A stretch of DNA of 64,000 bases from positions 26,799 through 90,798 of the forward strand of contig CAVRZW010000014.1 in the NCBI GenBank assembly GCA_963725755.1, in the 5' to 3' direction. The translations under genes were made by a program, and so were the position numbers. The notes under the pieces are model-generated. The model ran no database searches. It was not told the DNA's origin and saw nothing but the letters and a program-made list of their open reading frames with translations. Positions 9,675-17,591 of this stretch are shown here, one piece after another (position 1 is the stretch's first letter; the number at the start of each line of letters is the position of its first letter). This DNA is from an uncultured beta proteobacterium (GTDB taxonomy: Bacteria > Pseudomonadota > Gammaproteobacteria > Burkholderiales > Burkholderiaceae_C).

Positions 9675-9701
9675 TCTCTCCTCCTCCTCCCTCCCTCCCT
9701 C
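9675..9701 (+). other. 27-nt pure polypyrimidine (CT) tract; G-rich GGGA repeats on the complementary strand
   Basis: The sequence TCTCTCCTCCTCCTCCCTCCCTCCCTC was read directly. It lies in the operon leader, 38 nt upstream of the terminator stem. Confidence 0.9.
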
Positions 9702-9738
9702 GTTCGCTCCGGGGCGCCGCACGACAGTCTTTAATGCC

Positions 9739-9775
9739 ACGGGCACCGCACAAAGCGGTGCCCGTTTGCTTTTCG
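9739..9775 (+). terminator. rho-independent terminator / attenuator hairpin immediately upstream of the operon start codon
   Basis: A perfect 11-bp stem pairs ACGGGCACCGC (9739-9749) with GCGGTGCCCGT (9755-9765), with loop ACAAA. It is followed by TTGCTTTTC. ATG 9789 lies about 14 nt after the U-tract. Confidence 0.7.
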
Positions 9776-9788
9776 CGGACGGCGCGCG

Positions 9789-11097
9789 ATGAAGCGCGTC
9801 GCGATCGTCGGCTCGGGCATCGCCGGCCTGGCAGCGGCGCAGGCACTCGCGGGGCAGGCGAAGGTCACGCTGTTCGAGGCCGGCGGGCATTTCGGCGGCC
9901 ACGCCAACACCGTCGACGTCACGCTCGACGGCGTCACGCATGGCGTCGATACCGGCTTCCTGGTCTTCAACCACCGCACCTATCCCGAGCTGGTGCGCCT
10001 GTTCGACCGCCTGCAGGTGACCACGGCGGCGTCCGACATGTCGTTCTCGGTCCAGTCGCATGAGGGGCTGGAGTGGAGCGGCAGCGACCTGAACGGCGTT
10101 TTCGCGCAGCGGCGCAACCTGCTGCGGCCGCGCTTCCTGCGGATGCTCGCCGACATCCTGCGCTTCAACCGCCTGGCGACGGCGATCGCCGAGCGCGGCG
10201 CGGACGCCGAGTTGGCCGAGCCGATCGGCGACTTCCTGGACCGCCACGGATTCGGTGGCGCCTTCCGCGACTGGTACTTTCTGCCGATGGTCGGCTGCAT
10301 CTGGTCCTGCCCGACCGACCGGATGCTGCGCTTCCCGATCGCCACGATGATCCGCTTCTGCCACAACCACGGCCTGATGCAGGTCAGCGGCCGGCCGCAG
10401 TGGTACACCGTGCGCGGCGGCTCGCGGGAATACGTGTCGCGGCTGCTGCGCGACATCCCCGACGCCCGGCTGCACACGCCCGTGCGCTCGGTGCGCCGCG
10501 TGCCTCCGGGCGATGGCAGCGCCGGCGTGATCGTCGCCACCGATGCCGGCGCCGAGCGCTTCGACGAGGTCGTGCTCGCCTGCCACAGCGACCAGAGTCT
10601 GGCCCTGCTGGCCGACGCGACGCCGGCCGAGCAGGGCGGTCCTCGGTGCCATCCGCTACCACGCCAACGAAGCGGTGCTGCATACCGACACCGCCGTCCT
10701 GCCGCGCCGGCGCCGTGCCTGGGCAGCCTGGAACTACGCGCGTGCCACCGAGGCCCGCAGCGAGCAGGCCGGCGTGTGCCTGCACTACCTCATCAACCGG
10801 CTGCAGCCGCTGCCCTGGCAGCAACCGGTGATCGTCTCGCTCAACCCCGACCCGGCGCGCCCGCCCGACCCGAGGCAGGTGATCGGCCGCTACGCTTACA
10901 GCCACCCGGTGTTCGATCTGGCCGCCATCGCCGCCCAGCGGCGACTGCCGGATCTGCAGGGCCTGGGGCGGGTCTGGTTCTGCGGCGCCTGGACCCGCTA
11001 CGGTTTCCATGAAGACGGCTTGCGCTCGGCGCTCGACGTGGTCGCGCAGCTGCGTCTGCGCTGGCAGGCAGAGGACGCCTTGCGCGCAGCGGCATGA
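9789..11097 (+). pseudogene. FAD-dependent oxidoreductase (amine-oxidase/desaturase-like, UfaD-like); frame broken at about 10635
   Basis: The N-terminus MKRVAIVGSGIAGLAAA is a dinucleotide-binding motif, followed by GFLVFNHRTYPELVRLF. The C-terminal half continues in ORF 10543..11097 (AVLGAIRYHANEAVLHTD...WFCGAWTRYGFHEDG). Removing one G from GGG 10634-10636 restores ...ATPAEQAVLGAIRY... Confidence 0.85.
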
Positions 11098-11852
11098 GCG
11101 GCACCGCGCAGGCGTTGCTGGGCACCGGCGTGGTCCGCCACCGCCGGCTGCGGCCGACGGTGCACGCCTTTGCGTACCCGACCTACTTCCTGCTGCTGCC
11201 GATGCGCGCGCTGCGGCACTCAGGTGCGCAGCAGCTGCCGCGCAACCGCTTCGGCCTGCTGAGCTTCCACGACCGCGACCACGGCGACGGCCGCCACGAC
11301 GCGCTGGCCTGGCTCGACGAGGTGCTGCACGGCGAAGGCATCGCCGACGCCGGCGGCGAGGTCTGGCTGCACACCTACCCGCGCGTGCTGGGCTACGTCT
11401 TCAAGCCGGTCAGCTTCTGGTACTGCCATCGCGGCGACGGCTCGCTGCGGGCGATCGTGGTCGAGGTCAACAACACCTTCGGCGAGCGCCATTGCTACCT
11501 GCTCGACGGCCCCGGCCTGGCCTGGGGCCGCGAGCTGCGCGCACGCAAGGTGTTCCACGTCTCGCCTTTCTGCGCCGTCCAGGGCGGCTACCGGTTCCGC
11601 TTCATGCGCACCGCCGAGCGCACCGTCGCCCGTGTGGACCATGACGACGAGCTCGGGCCGCTGCTGCAGACCAGCGTCGCGGGCGAGCTCGCGCCGCTGA
11701 CCCGGCGCGCACTGCGCGCAGCGTTCTTCGGCATGCCGCTGATGACGCTGGGCGTGATGCTGCGCATCCACTGGCAGGCGCTGCGGCTGTGGCTCAAGCG
11801 CGTGCCCTTCGTCTCCAAGCCTGCACCGCCGCAGTCCTTCATCACCCGTTGA
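11094..11852 (+). CDS. DUF1365 family protein (UfaO-like)
   Basis: The start overlaps the upstream gene by ATGA. Family-typical motifs are GVVRHRRLRPTVHAFAYPTYFLLL, GYVFKPVSFWYC and VVEVNNTFGERHCY. Confidence 0.85.
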   Translation: MSGTAQALLGTGVVRHRRLRPTVHAFAYPTYFLLLPMRALRHSGAQQLPRNRFGLLSFHDRDHGDGRHDALAWLDEVLHGEGIADAGGEVWLHTYPRVLGYVFKPVSFWYCHRGDGSLRAIVVEVNNTFGERHCYLLDGPGLAWGRELRARKVFHVSPFCAVQGGYRFRFMRTAERTVARVDHDDELGPLLQTSVAGELAPLTRRALRAAFFGMPLMTLGVMLRIHWQALRLWLKRVPFVSKPAPPQSFITR

Positions 11853-11872
11853 GAACCTTCGAGCCCCGCCAG

Positions 11873-13099
11873 ATGCCGGCCATGACGACCTCCACCGCCT
11901 CCGCGTTCGCCCTGCCCGAGACCGCCCCCGCAGCCGCGCGCGCCGTCTTCGGCCTGTTGCGCCAGCTGCGCGCCGGCTCGCTGGATCTCCAGTTGCCCGA
12001 CGGCTCGCAGCTCCACTTCGGCGCCCACGACGAGCCCCGCGCGGCACTCCGCCTGCACGACTGGAGCGCCTGCGGCGCGGCGCTCAGGAGCGGCGACATC
12101 GGGTTCGCCGAATCGTTCATCGCCGGCGGCTGGACCAGCCCCGACCTGGCCGCGTTGCTGCGTCTGTTCATCGTCAACCGCGAGGCGCTGGAAGCCGTGA
12201 TCTACGGCACTTGGTGGGGGTCGCTGGCGTACCGCCTGCGGCACCTGCTGAACCGCAACTCGCGCCGCGGCAGCCGCAAGAACGTCCACGCCCATTACGA
12301 CATCGGGAACCGCTTCTACCGCCTCTGGCTGGACGAGACGATGAACTACTCCAGCGCCCTGTTCGGCGGCGACTTCGCGCAGCCGATGGCGCAGGCACAG
12401 GCGGCCAAGGTGCGGCGCGCGATCGCCGAATGCGGCGTGCAGCCGGGCCAGCGCCTGCTCGAGATCGGCTGCGGCTGGGGCGCCCTGACCGAGACCGCGG
12501 CCGGGGCCGGCGTGCAGGTGACCGGCGTGACGCTCTCGAACGAGCAGCTCGCGTACGCGCGCGAACGCCTGCAGCGAGCGGGCCTGGCCGACCGCGCCGA
12601 GTTGCGGCTGCAGGACTACCGCGAGATCGGCGACGAACCCTTCGACGCGATCGCCTCGATCGAGATGTTCGAGGCCGTCGGCCGCGAATACTGGGCCGGC
12701 TTCTTCGCCACCCTGCGCGATCGGCTCAAGCCCGGCGGCCGCGCCTGCATCCAGTCGATCACGATCCGCGACGACCTGTTCGATCGTTACCTGCGCTCGG
12801 CCGACTTCATCCAGCAGTACATCTTCCCCGGCGGCCTGCTGCCCAGCCGCAGCGCCTTCCGCGCCGAGGCAACCAAGGCCGGGCTCGAGGTGGTGGGCGA
12901 GTTCACCTTCGGCGCCGACTACGCCGAGACCCTGCGCCGCTGGCGTGCAAGCTTCCTGAGCCGCGACAGCCAGCTGCGCCGGCTGGGCTTCGACACCCGC
13001 TTCATGCGCATCTGGGAGTTCTACCTGGCGTATTGCGAAGCGGCCTTCGACACCGGCAGCACCGACGTCGTCCAGTTCACGCTGCGTCGATCTGCATGA
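11873..13099 (+). CDS. cyclopropane-fatty-acyl-phospholipid synthase family SAM-dependent methyltransferase
   Basis: The sequence has NVHAHYDIGNRFYRLWLDETMNYSSALF, the SAM-binding motif LLEIGCGWGAL, and YIFPGGLLPS. The start is taken at ATG 11873, after the upstream stop at 11852. Confidence 0.9.
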   Translation: MPAMTTSTASAFALPETAPAAARAVFGLLRQLRAGSLDLQLPDGSQLHFGAHDEPRAALRLHDWSACGAALRSGDIGFAESFIAGGWTSPDLAALLRLFIVNREALEAVIYGTWWGSLAYRLRHLLNRNSRRGSRKNVHAHYDIGNRFYRLWLDETMNYSSALFGGDFAQPMAQAQAAKVRRAIAECGVQPGQRLLEIGCGWGALTETAAGAGVQVTGVTLSNEQLAYARERLQRAGLADRAELRLQDYREIGDEPFDAIASIEMFEAVGREYWAGFFATLRDRLKPGGRACIQSITIRDDLFDRYLRSADFIQQYIFPGGLLPSRSAFRAEATKAGLEVVGEFTFGADYAETLRRWRASFLSRDSQLRRLGFDTRFMRIWEFYLAYCEAAFDTGSTDVVQFTLRRSA

Positions 13100-13668
13100 A
13101 CGTGCAGCGCCGCCATGCCCTGTTCGCCGCCGCAACGCTGCTGCTGCAGGGCGGCGCGCCTGGCGTGGCGGCGGCACGGGCCGAAGGCGCCGCGGTGCCG
13201 ACCGAAGTCGCCGACGCGCTGCCTGGCGCCAAGCTCCAGGGCCAGGGCGGGTTGCGCTTCCTCGGCCTGCGCATCTACGACGCGCGACTGTGGTCCGGTG
13301 CGCAGCCGGTCGGTGCCGACTGGGCCGACGTGCCCTTTGCGCTGGAGCTGCAGTACGCGCGCGATCTGACGGGCAGCAAGATCGCCGAGCGCTCGCTGGT
13401 GGAAATGAAGCGCCAGGGCGAGTTCGACGCCGCCACCGCATCGCGCTGGCTGCAGCTGCTCGAGCGGCTGATCCCCGACGTCCGCGAGGGCGACCGCATC
13501 ACCGGCATCAACCTTCCCGGCCAGGGCGCACGCTTCTGCCTCAACGGCCAGTGGCGCGGCGACGCGCGCGCCCCTGTCTTCGCGCGCATGTTCTTCGGCA
13601 TCTGGCTGGCGCCGCAGACCTCCGAGCCCGACCTGCGCCGGGCCTTGCTCGGGCGCGGTGCATCGTGA
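13096..13668 (+). CDS. secreted chalcone-isomerase-like (fatty-acid-binding fold) family protein
   Basis: The start overlaps upstream by ATGA. A signal peptide MNVQRRHALFAAATLLLQGGAPGVAAARA is present. FLGLRIYDARLW and GIWLAP are typical of the bacterial CHI-like family. Confidence 0.7.
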   Translation: MNVQRRHALFAAATLLLQGGAPGVAAARAEGAAVPTEVADALPGAKLQGQGGLRFLGLRIYDARLWSGAQPVGADWADVPFALELQYARDLTGSKIAERSLVEMKRQGEFDAATASRWLQLLERLIPDVREGDRITGINLPGQGARFCLNGQWRGDARAPVFARMFFGIWLAPQTSEPDLRRALLGRGAS

Positions 13669-14951
13669 CGCCGGCGGCGCCCGCCCCCTGGCGAGGTGGC
13701 TGGTCGCAGGGCCTGCGCTACGGCGCGCTGGGCCTGCCGCTGGCCTTCGTCGCGCTGCCGCTGTACGTGGTGCTGCCCAACCATTACGCCAGCGAGTTCG
13801 GCATCCCGCTGGCCACGCTGGGCGCCTTGCTGCTTGGCGCCCGCTTGCTCGACGCCTTGGCCGACCCCTGGATCGGCCGCCGCGTCGATGGCTGGTTCAG
13901 GCATCCGACGCCCCGCGTGATGGGGCGCGCGGCCATCGCGGCGCTGGTCTGCGCGCTCGGCTTTCGCGGCCTGTTCTTCCCGCCGGTGCGAAGCGAGGCA
14001 CTGCTGATGGCCTGGTGCGCGGCGCTGCTGGCGGTGACCTACCTCAGCTACAGCGTGCTGTCGGTGCTGCACCAGGCCTGGGGCGCGCGGCTGGGCGGCG
14101 ACGAGGCCCAGCGCGCGCGCATCGTCTCCTGGCGCGAAGGGCAGGCCCTGGTCGGCGTGCTGTTGGCCAGCGTGCTGCCGGCGCTGGCCGGATTCTCGGT
14201 CGCCAGCGTGGTCTTCGCGCTCGCGCTGCTGGGCTCGCTGGCCCTGCTGCGCGGTGCGCCACGACCGGTCCGCGACCCGCCACCGAGCGCGCCCTCCCCG
14301 GCGTCGCCGGCGGGCTCGACCGGCCCGCTGGGCTCGAGCGCGTTCCGGCGGCTGCTCGCGATCTACCTCGTCAACGGCGTGGCCGGCGCGGTGCCGGCCA
14401 CGCTGGTGCTGTTCTTCATCCGCGACCGGCTGCAGGCGCAGGCCTGGGAGCCGCTGTTCCTGGCCAGCTACTTCGCTGCCGGCGCGTTGTCGATGCCCTT
14501 GTGGGTGCGCGCAGTCCGGCGCATCGGGCTGGCGCGGGCCTGGCTCGCCGGCATGGCGCTGGCCATCGTCACCTTCGGCTGGGCGCTGATGCTGGGCGCC
14601 GGCGACATCGCCGCCTTCACCGTCGTCTGTGTCGCCAGCGGCATCGCGCTCGGTGCCGACCTCAGCCTGCCCGGCGCCATGCTTACCGGCGTGATCCAGC
14701 GCGCCGGCCATGCGCAACGCCTGGAAGGCGCCTATTTCGGCTGGTGGAACTTCGCCACCAAACTCAACCTGGCGCTGGCCGCGGGCATCGCCCTGCCGCT
14801 GCTGGGCGCCTTCGGCTACACGCCGGGCAGCCGCAGCGAGGCCGGCCTGCGCTCGCTGGGAATCGCCTATTGCCTGCTGCCGTGCGGGCTCAAGCTCGCC
14901 GCGGCAGCGCTGCTCTGGACCCTCTGGCCTCGAAAGGAACCCCCACCATGA
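13665..14951 (+). CDS. MFS transporter (GPH/LplT-like)
   Basis: The start overlaps the upstream stop by GTGA. The protein is about 428 aa with about 12 hydrophobic helices and the motif LLDALADPWIGRRVD between TM2 and TM3. Confidence 0.8.
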   Translation: MTPAAPAPWRGGWSQGLRYGALGLPLAFVALPLYVVLPNHYASEFGIPLATLGALLLGARLLDALADPWIGRRVDGWFRHPTPRVMGRAAIAALVCALGFRGLFFPPVRSEALLMAWCAALLAVTYLSYSVLSVLHQAWGARLGGDEAQRARIVSWREGQALVGVLLASVLPALAGFSVASVVFALALLGSLALLRGAPRPVRDPPPSAPSPASPAGSTGPLGSSAFRRLLAIYLVNGVAGAVPATLVLFFIRDRLQAQAWEPLFLASYFAAGALSMPLWVRAVRRIGLARAWLAGMALAIVTFGWALMLGAGDIAAFTVVCVASGIALGADLSLPGAMLTGVIQRAGHAQRLEGAYFGWWNFATKLNLALAAGIALPLLGAFGYTPGSRSEAGLRSLGIAYCLLPCGLKLAAAALLWTLWPRKEPPP

Positions 14952-15487
14952 TCCACCGCTGCGTCCGCCTGGCCAGCGCACTGGCCGCCATCGTGCTGGC
15001 CGCCGGTTGCGCCTCGGCACCGAAGCCAGCCGACTACGCCGACCAGAAGCCGGTGCTCGACCTCAAGCAGTACTTCGACGGCGACCTCGTCGCGCATGGC
15101 GTGTTCACCGACCGCGCGGGCAAGGTGGTGCGCCGCTTCGTCGTCCAGATCACCGGCCGCTGGAACGGCAACCAGGGCACGCTCGACGAGCGCTTCACCT
15201 ACAGCGACGGCAAGAAGCAGCAGCGCGTGTGGCACCTGGTCGACGAAGGCAACGGCCGCTACAGCGGACGCGCCGGCGACATCGTCGGCGTGGCCCAGGG
15301 TGTCGCCGCAGGCAACGCGCTGAACTGGCACTACACGCTGAGCCTGCCCGTCGACGACAAGGTCTACGAGGTGCAGATGGACGACTGGATGTTCCTGGTC
15401 GACGACCGCGTGATGCTCAATCGGACCGCGATGAGCAAGTTCGGCTTCCACCTCGGCGACGTGACCCTGTCCTTCACCAGGCAATAG
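14948..15487 (+). CDS. DUF3833 family lipoprotein (lipocalin-like)
   Basis: The start overlaps upstream by ATGA. The signal peptide has the lipobox LAAGC. YFDGDLVAHGVFTDRAGKVVRRF is typical of DUF3833. Confidence 0.65.
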   Translation: MIHRCVRLASALAAIVLAAGCASAPKPADYADQKPVLDLKQYFDGDLVAHGVFTDRAGKVVRRFVVQITGRWNGNQGTLDERFTYSDGKKQQRVWHLVDEGNGRYSGRAGDIVGVAQGVAAGNALNWHYTLSLPVDDKVYEVQMDDWMFLVDDRVMLNRTAMSKFGFHLGDVTLSFTRQ

Positions 15488-15496
15488 GTCGATCCG

Positions 15497-16282
15497 ATGA
15501 CGCTGAACCCGCGGATGGCGAGCTGGGCCGGCAAGACCGCCTGGCTGGTCGGTGCCTCGACCGGCATCGGCCGCGCCACCGCCAGCGCCTTGCATGCCGC
15601 CGGCGCGCGCGTGATCGTCTCGGCCCGCAGCCGCGACGCGCTCGACGATTTCGTCGCCGGCCACCCGCGCAGCGACGCGATCGCGCTCGACGCCACCGAC
15701 CGCGACGCAATGCGCGACGCCGCGCGCCGCATCGTCGGTGTCCACGGCCGCATCGACCTGGCGATGTACTGCGCCGGCACCTACACCGCGATGCGCGCCA
15801 CCGCGTTCGACCTCGACACCGCACTGCGCCATCTGCAGGTCAACCAGGTCGGCGCGCTGCACCTGCTCGACGCCGTTCTGCCGCCTCTGCTCGCGCAGGC
15901 CAGGGCCGGGCAGGGCGGGCACATCAGCCTGGTCGGCAGCGTGGCCGGCTACCGCGGGCTGCCGCAATCGCTGGCCTACGGGCCGACCAAGGCGGCGCTG
16001 ATCAACCTCGCCGAAACCCTGCACCTGGACCTGGCGCCGCGGGGCCTGGGTGTCTCGCTGATCAACCCGGGCTTCGTCGAAACGCCGCTGACGGCACAGA
16101 ACGAGTTCCGCATGCCGGCACTGATCACGCCCGAGCAGGCCGCGCGCGAGATCCTGCGCGGCTGGCGCCATGGCGACTTCGAGATCCACTTCCCCAAGCG
16201 CTTCACGCTCTGGCTCAAGGCCCTGCGGCATCTGGGCTACGGCCCCTACTTCGCGGCCGTGCGCCGCTCGACGAGGCTGTGA
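15497..16282 (+). CDS. SDR-family oxidoreductase
   Basis: The cofactor motif AWLVGASTGIGRATA (TGxxxGxG) and the catalytic motif YGPTKAAL (YxxxK) are both present. Confidence 0.9.
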   Translation: MTLNPRMASWAGKTAWLVGASTGIGRATASALHAAGARVIVSARSRDALDDFVAGHPRSDAIALDATDRDAMRDAARRIVGVHGRIDLAMYCAGTYTAMRATAFDLDTALRHLQVNQVGALHLLDAVLPPLLAQARAGQGGHISLVGSVAGYRGLPQSLAYGPTKAALINLAETLHLDLAPRGLGVSLINPGFVETPLTAQNEFRMPALITPEQAAREILRGWRHGDFEIHFPKRFTLWLKALRHLGYGPYFAAVRRSTRL

Positions 16283-16707
16283 TGGACGAACGCTTCGCCC
16301 GCATCGTCACGTTGTTCGAGCAGTTCGCGCCGGCCGACCTGGCCAGGCTGGACACGATCTACGCCGACGACGCCCGCTTCAAGGACCCGTTCAACGAGGT
16401 CCGGGGTCTGGCTGCGATCCGCGCCGTCTTCGAGCACATGTTCGCCGCGCTCGACGCGCCGCGCTTCGTCATCCGCGACGTCATCGTGCAGGGTGACCAA
16501 TGCTTCATGAGCTGGGATTTCCACTTTCGCTTGCGGCGCTTCAGCCGCGCCGAACAGACCATCCACGGCGCCTCGCACCTGAGGCTGGCCACCGATGGGC
16601 GCATCGCTGTGCACCGCGACTACTGGGATGCGGCCGAGGAACTGTACGAGAAGCTGCCGGCGGTCGGCAGCCTGATGCGCTGGCTCAAGCGCCGGGCCAG
16701 CCGCTGA
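16282..16707 (+). CDS. NTF2-like / SnoaL-like family protein
   Basis: The start shows TGATG coupling to the SDR stop. The 141-aa protein has DTIYADDARFKDPFNEV and HRDYWD, typical of the NTF2-like fold family found at the end of this conserved cluster. Confidence 0.7.
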   Translation: MDERFARIVTLFEQFAPADLARLDTIYADDARFKDPFNEVRGLAAIRAVFEHMFAALDAPRFVIRDVIVQGDQCFMSWDFHFRLRRFSRAEQTIHGASHLRLATDGRIAVHRDYWDAAEELYEKLPAVGSLMRWLKRRASR

Positions 16708-16714
16708 ACGGTGG

Positions 16715-17197
16715 CTAACGGTCGCGCTGGCCCTCGGTCAGCGACAGCGCCTGGAACAGTCCCGACTTGTCGACGAAGAAGGTCTCGGTGAACTGCACTT
16801 GCTGGCCGGGCAGGTGGGCCGGCACCGGGAACGGCGCCGCGCGGCGGATCATCGCCACCACCCAGGGCCCGACCTCGTCGGCAGCGGGCTTGCGCACGAC
16901 GTGGACGTCGACGACCTGGCCCGCGGCGTCGATGTCGGTTTCGACCACCATCACGCCGTACAGCAGCGGCGGCACGCGGCCGCGGTAGACGCGCATCGGG
17001 TAGCAGGTGTAGAGGTGGTGGGCGGCTTCGATCCGGTAGGCCTCGACATCGGTCGTCATCGAGTCGCGCGGCAGCGCGCACAGCGGCGCCGGGACCATGC
17101 TGAATTGCGCCAGCGCCGGCTGCGCGGCGACCAGGCCGGCGCCAACGGCGACGCAGCGCAGGAGCGCCCGGGCCAAGCTGTCGATCTTTTGCTTCAT
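16715..17197 (-). CDS. secreted hypothetical protein with a TonB C-terminal-like domain
   Basis: The signal peptide ends ...GLVAAQPALA. YPMRVYRGRVPPLLYGVMVVETDIDAAGQVVDVHVV...AAPFPVP resembles TonB_C. There is no Pro-rich spacer or N-terminal anchor. Confidence 0.45.
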   Translation of the reverse strand: MKQKIDSLARALLRCVAVGAGLVAAQPALAQFSMVPAPLCALPRDSMTTDVEAYRIEAAHHLYTCYPMRVYRGRVPPLLYGVMVVETDIDAAGQVVDVHVVRKPAADEVGPWVVAMIRRAAPFPVPAHLPGQQVQFTETFFVDKSGLFQALSLTEGQRDR

Positions 17198-17591
17198 CGA
17201 AGTCCCTGCAAACCCGGCGTCAGCCGGCGGGGCGCATGCGTCGCGCCGACGTGTGGACCTCGGATCGTATCAACGCCCGTTCGGCCTGCGTCCCGATGCC
17301 TGCGAACGGTGCGCCGCGACCACGGACCCACCTCGGGCGGGCACCATGCCCGGCCCGTCAAGGCAGAGGCAAGCCATTCAGCGGAGAACGGACGGAAGAC
17401 AGCAGGAACGAGCCGGTTTCATCACGTTGCGAAAAGTGTACAGAGGGACAAGCCCTGATCGTGATTTGGGACCATCGGCCTGAGCATGCACCCGCTGGCG
17501 ACCGCTGCACCAAGAATGACCCCTGAAAGGGCATGAAGCTTGCTTGCAGGCATCGTCGATTACGGACTGATTACAACGACTGCGTGCTGAT

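Larger units (their letters stand above)
9182..9788. promoter_or_regulatory. divergent control region / long 5' leader between the litR-like gene and the eight-gene operon
   Basis: The region is 607 bp and locally AT-richer. It holds the palindrome GACAA-A-TTGTC at 9232-9242, a repeat GGACAAAATTGG at 9294-9305, the palindrome GCAGCTGC at 9271-9278, a 27-nt pyrimidine run, and a terminator hairpin just before ATG 9789. No promoter was mapped. Confidence 0.4.

Noticed and set aside
9430-9740. A possible cobalamin riboswitch in the leader, attractive because the adjacent regulator binds B12.
   Set aside because: I looked on both strands for the GGGAA...GGTG...CCCGC.ACTG core and the B12 box (AGYCMGGAGACCTGCC-like). 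Only a loose AAGCCCGGAGCG resemblance at 9663-9674 and badly spaced fragments on the minus strand were found. This needs cmscan to be definitive.
9238-9792. A 184-aa ORF, or a 119-aa version from ATG 9434, filling the litR-operon intergenic region and ending in an ATGA overlap with the operon start.
   Set aside because: There is no Shine-Dalgarno sequence. Third-position GC is only about 70%, against over 90% in neighbouring genes. The product is low-complexity Ser/Pro/Gly/Arg sequence. The ORF runs through the CT tract and the terminator hairpin. It is more likely non-coding leader, but ribosome profiling could revisit this.
17440-17540. A TPP or cobalamin riboswitch upstream of the TonB-dependent receptor.
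   Set aside because: The region contains CTGAGC...ACCC and CCTGATC fragments, but in the wrong order and spacing for the THI element. No B12 box is present.
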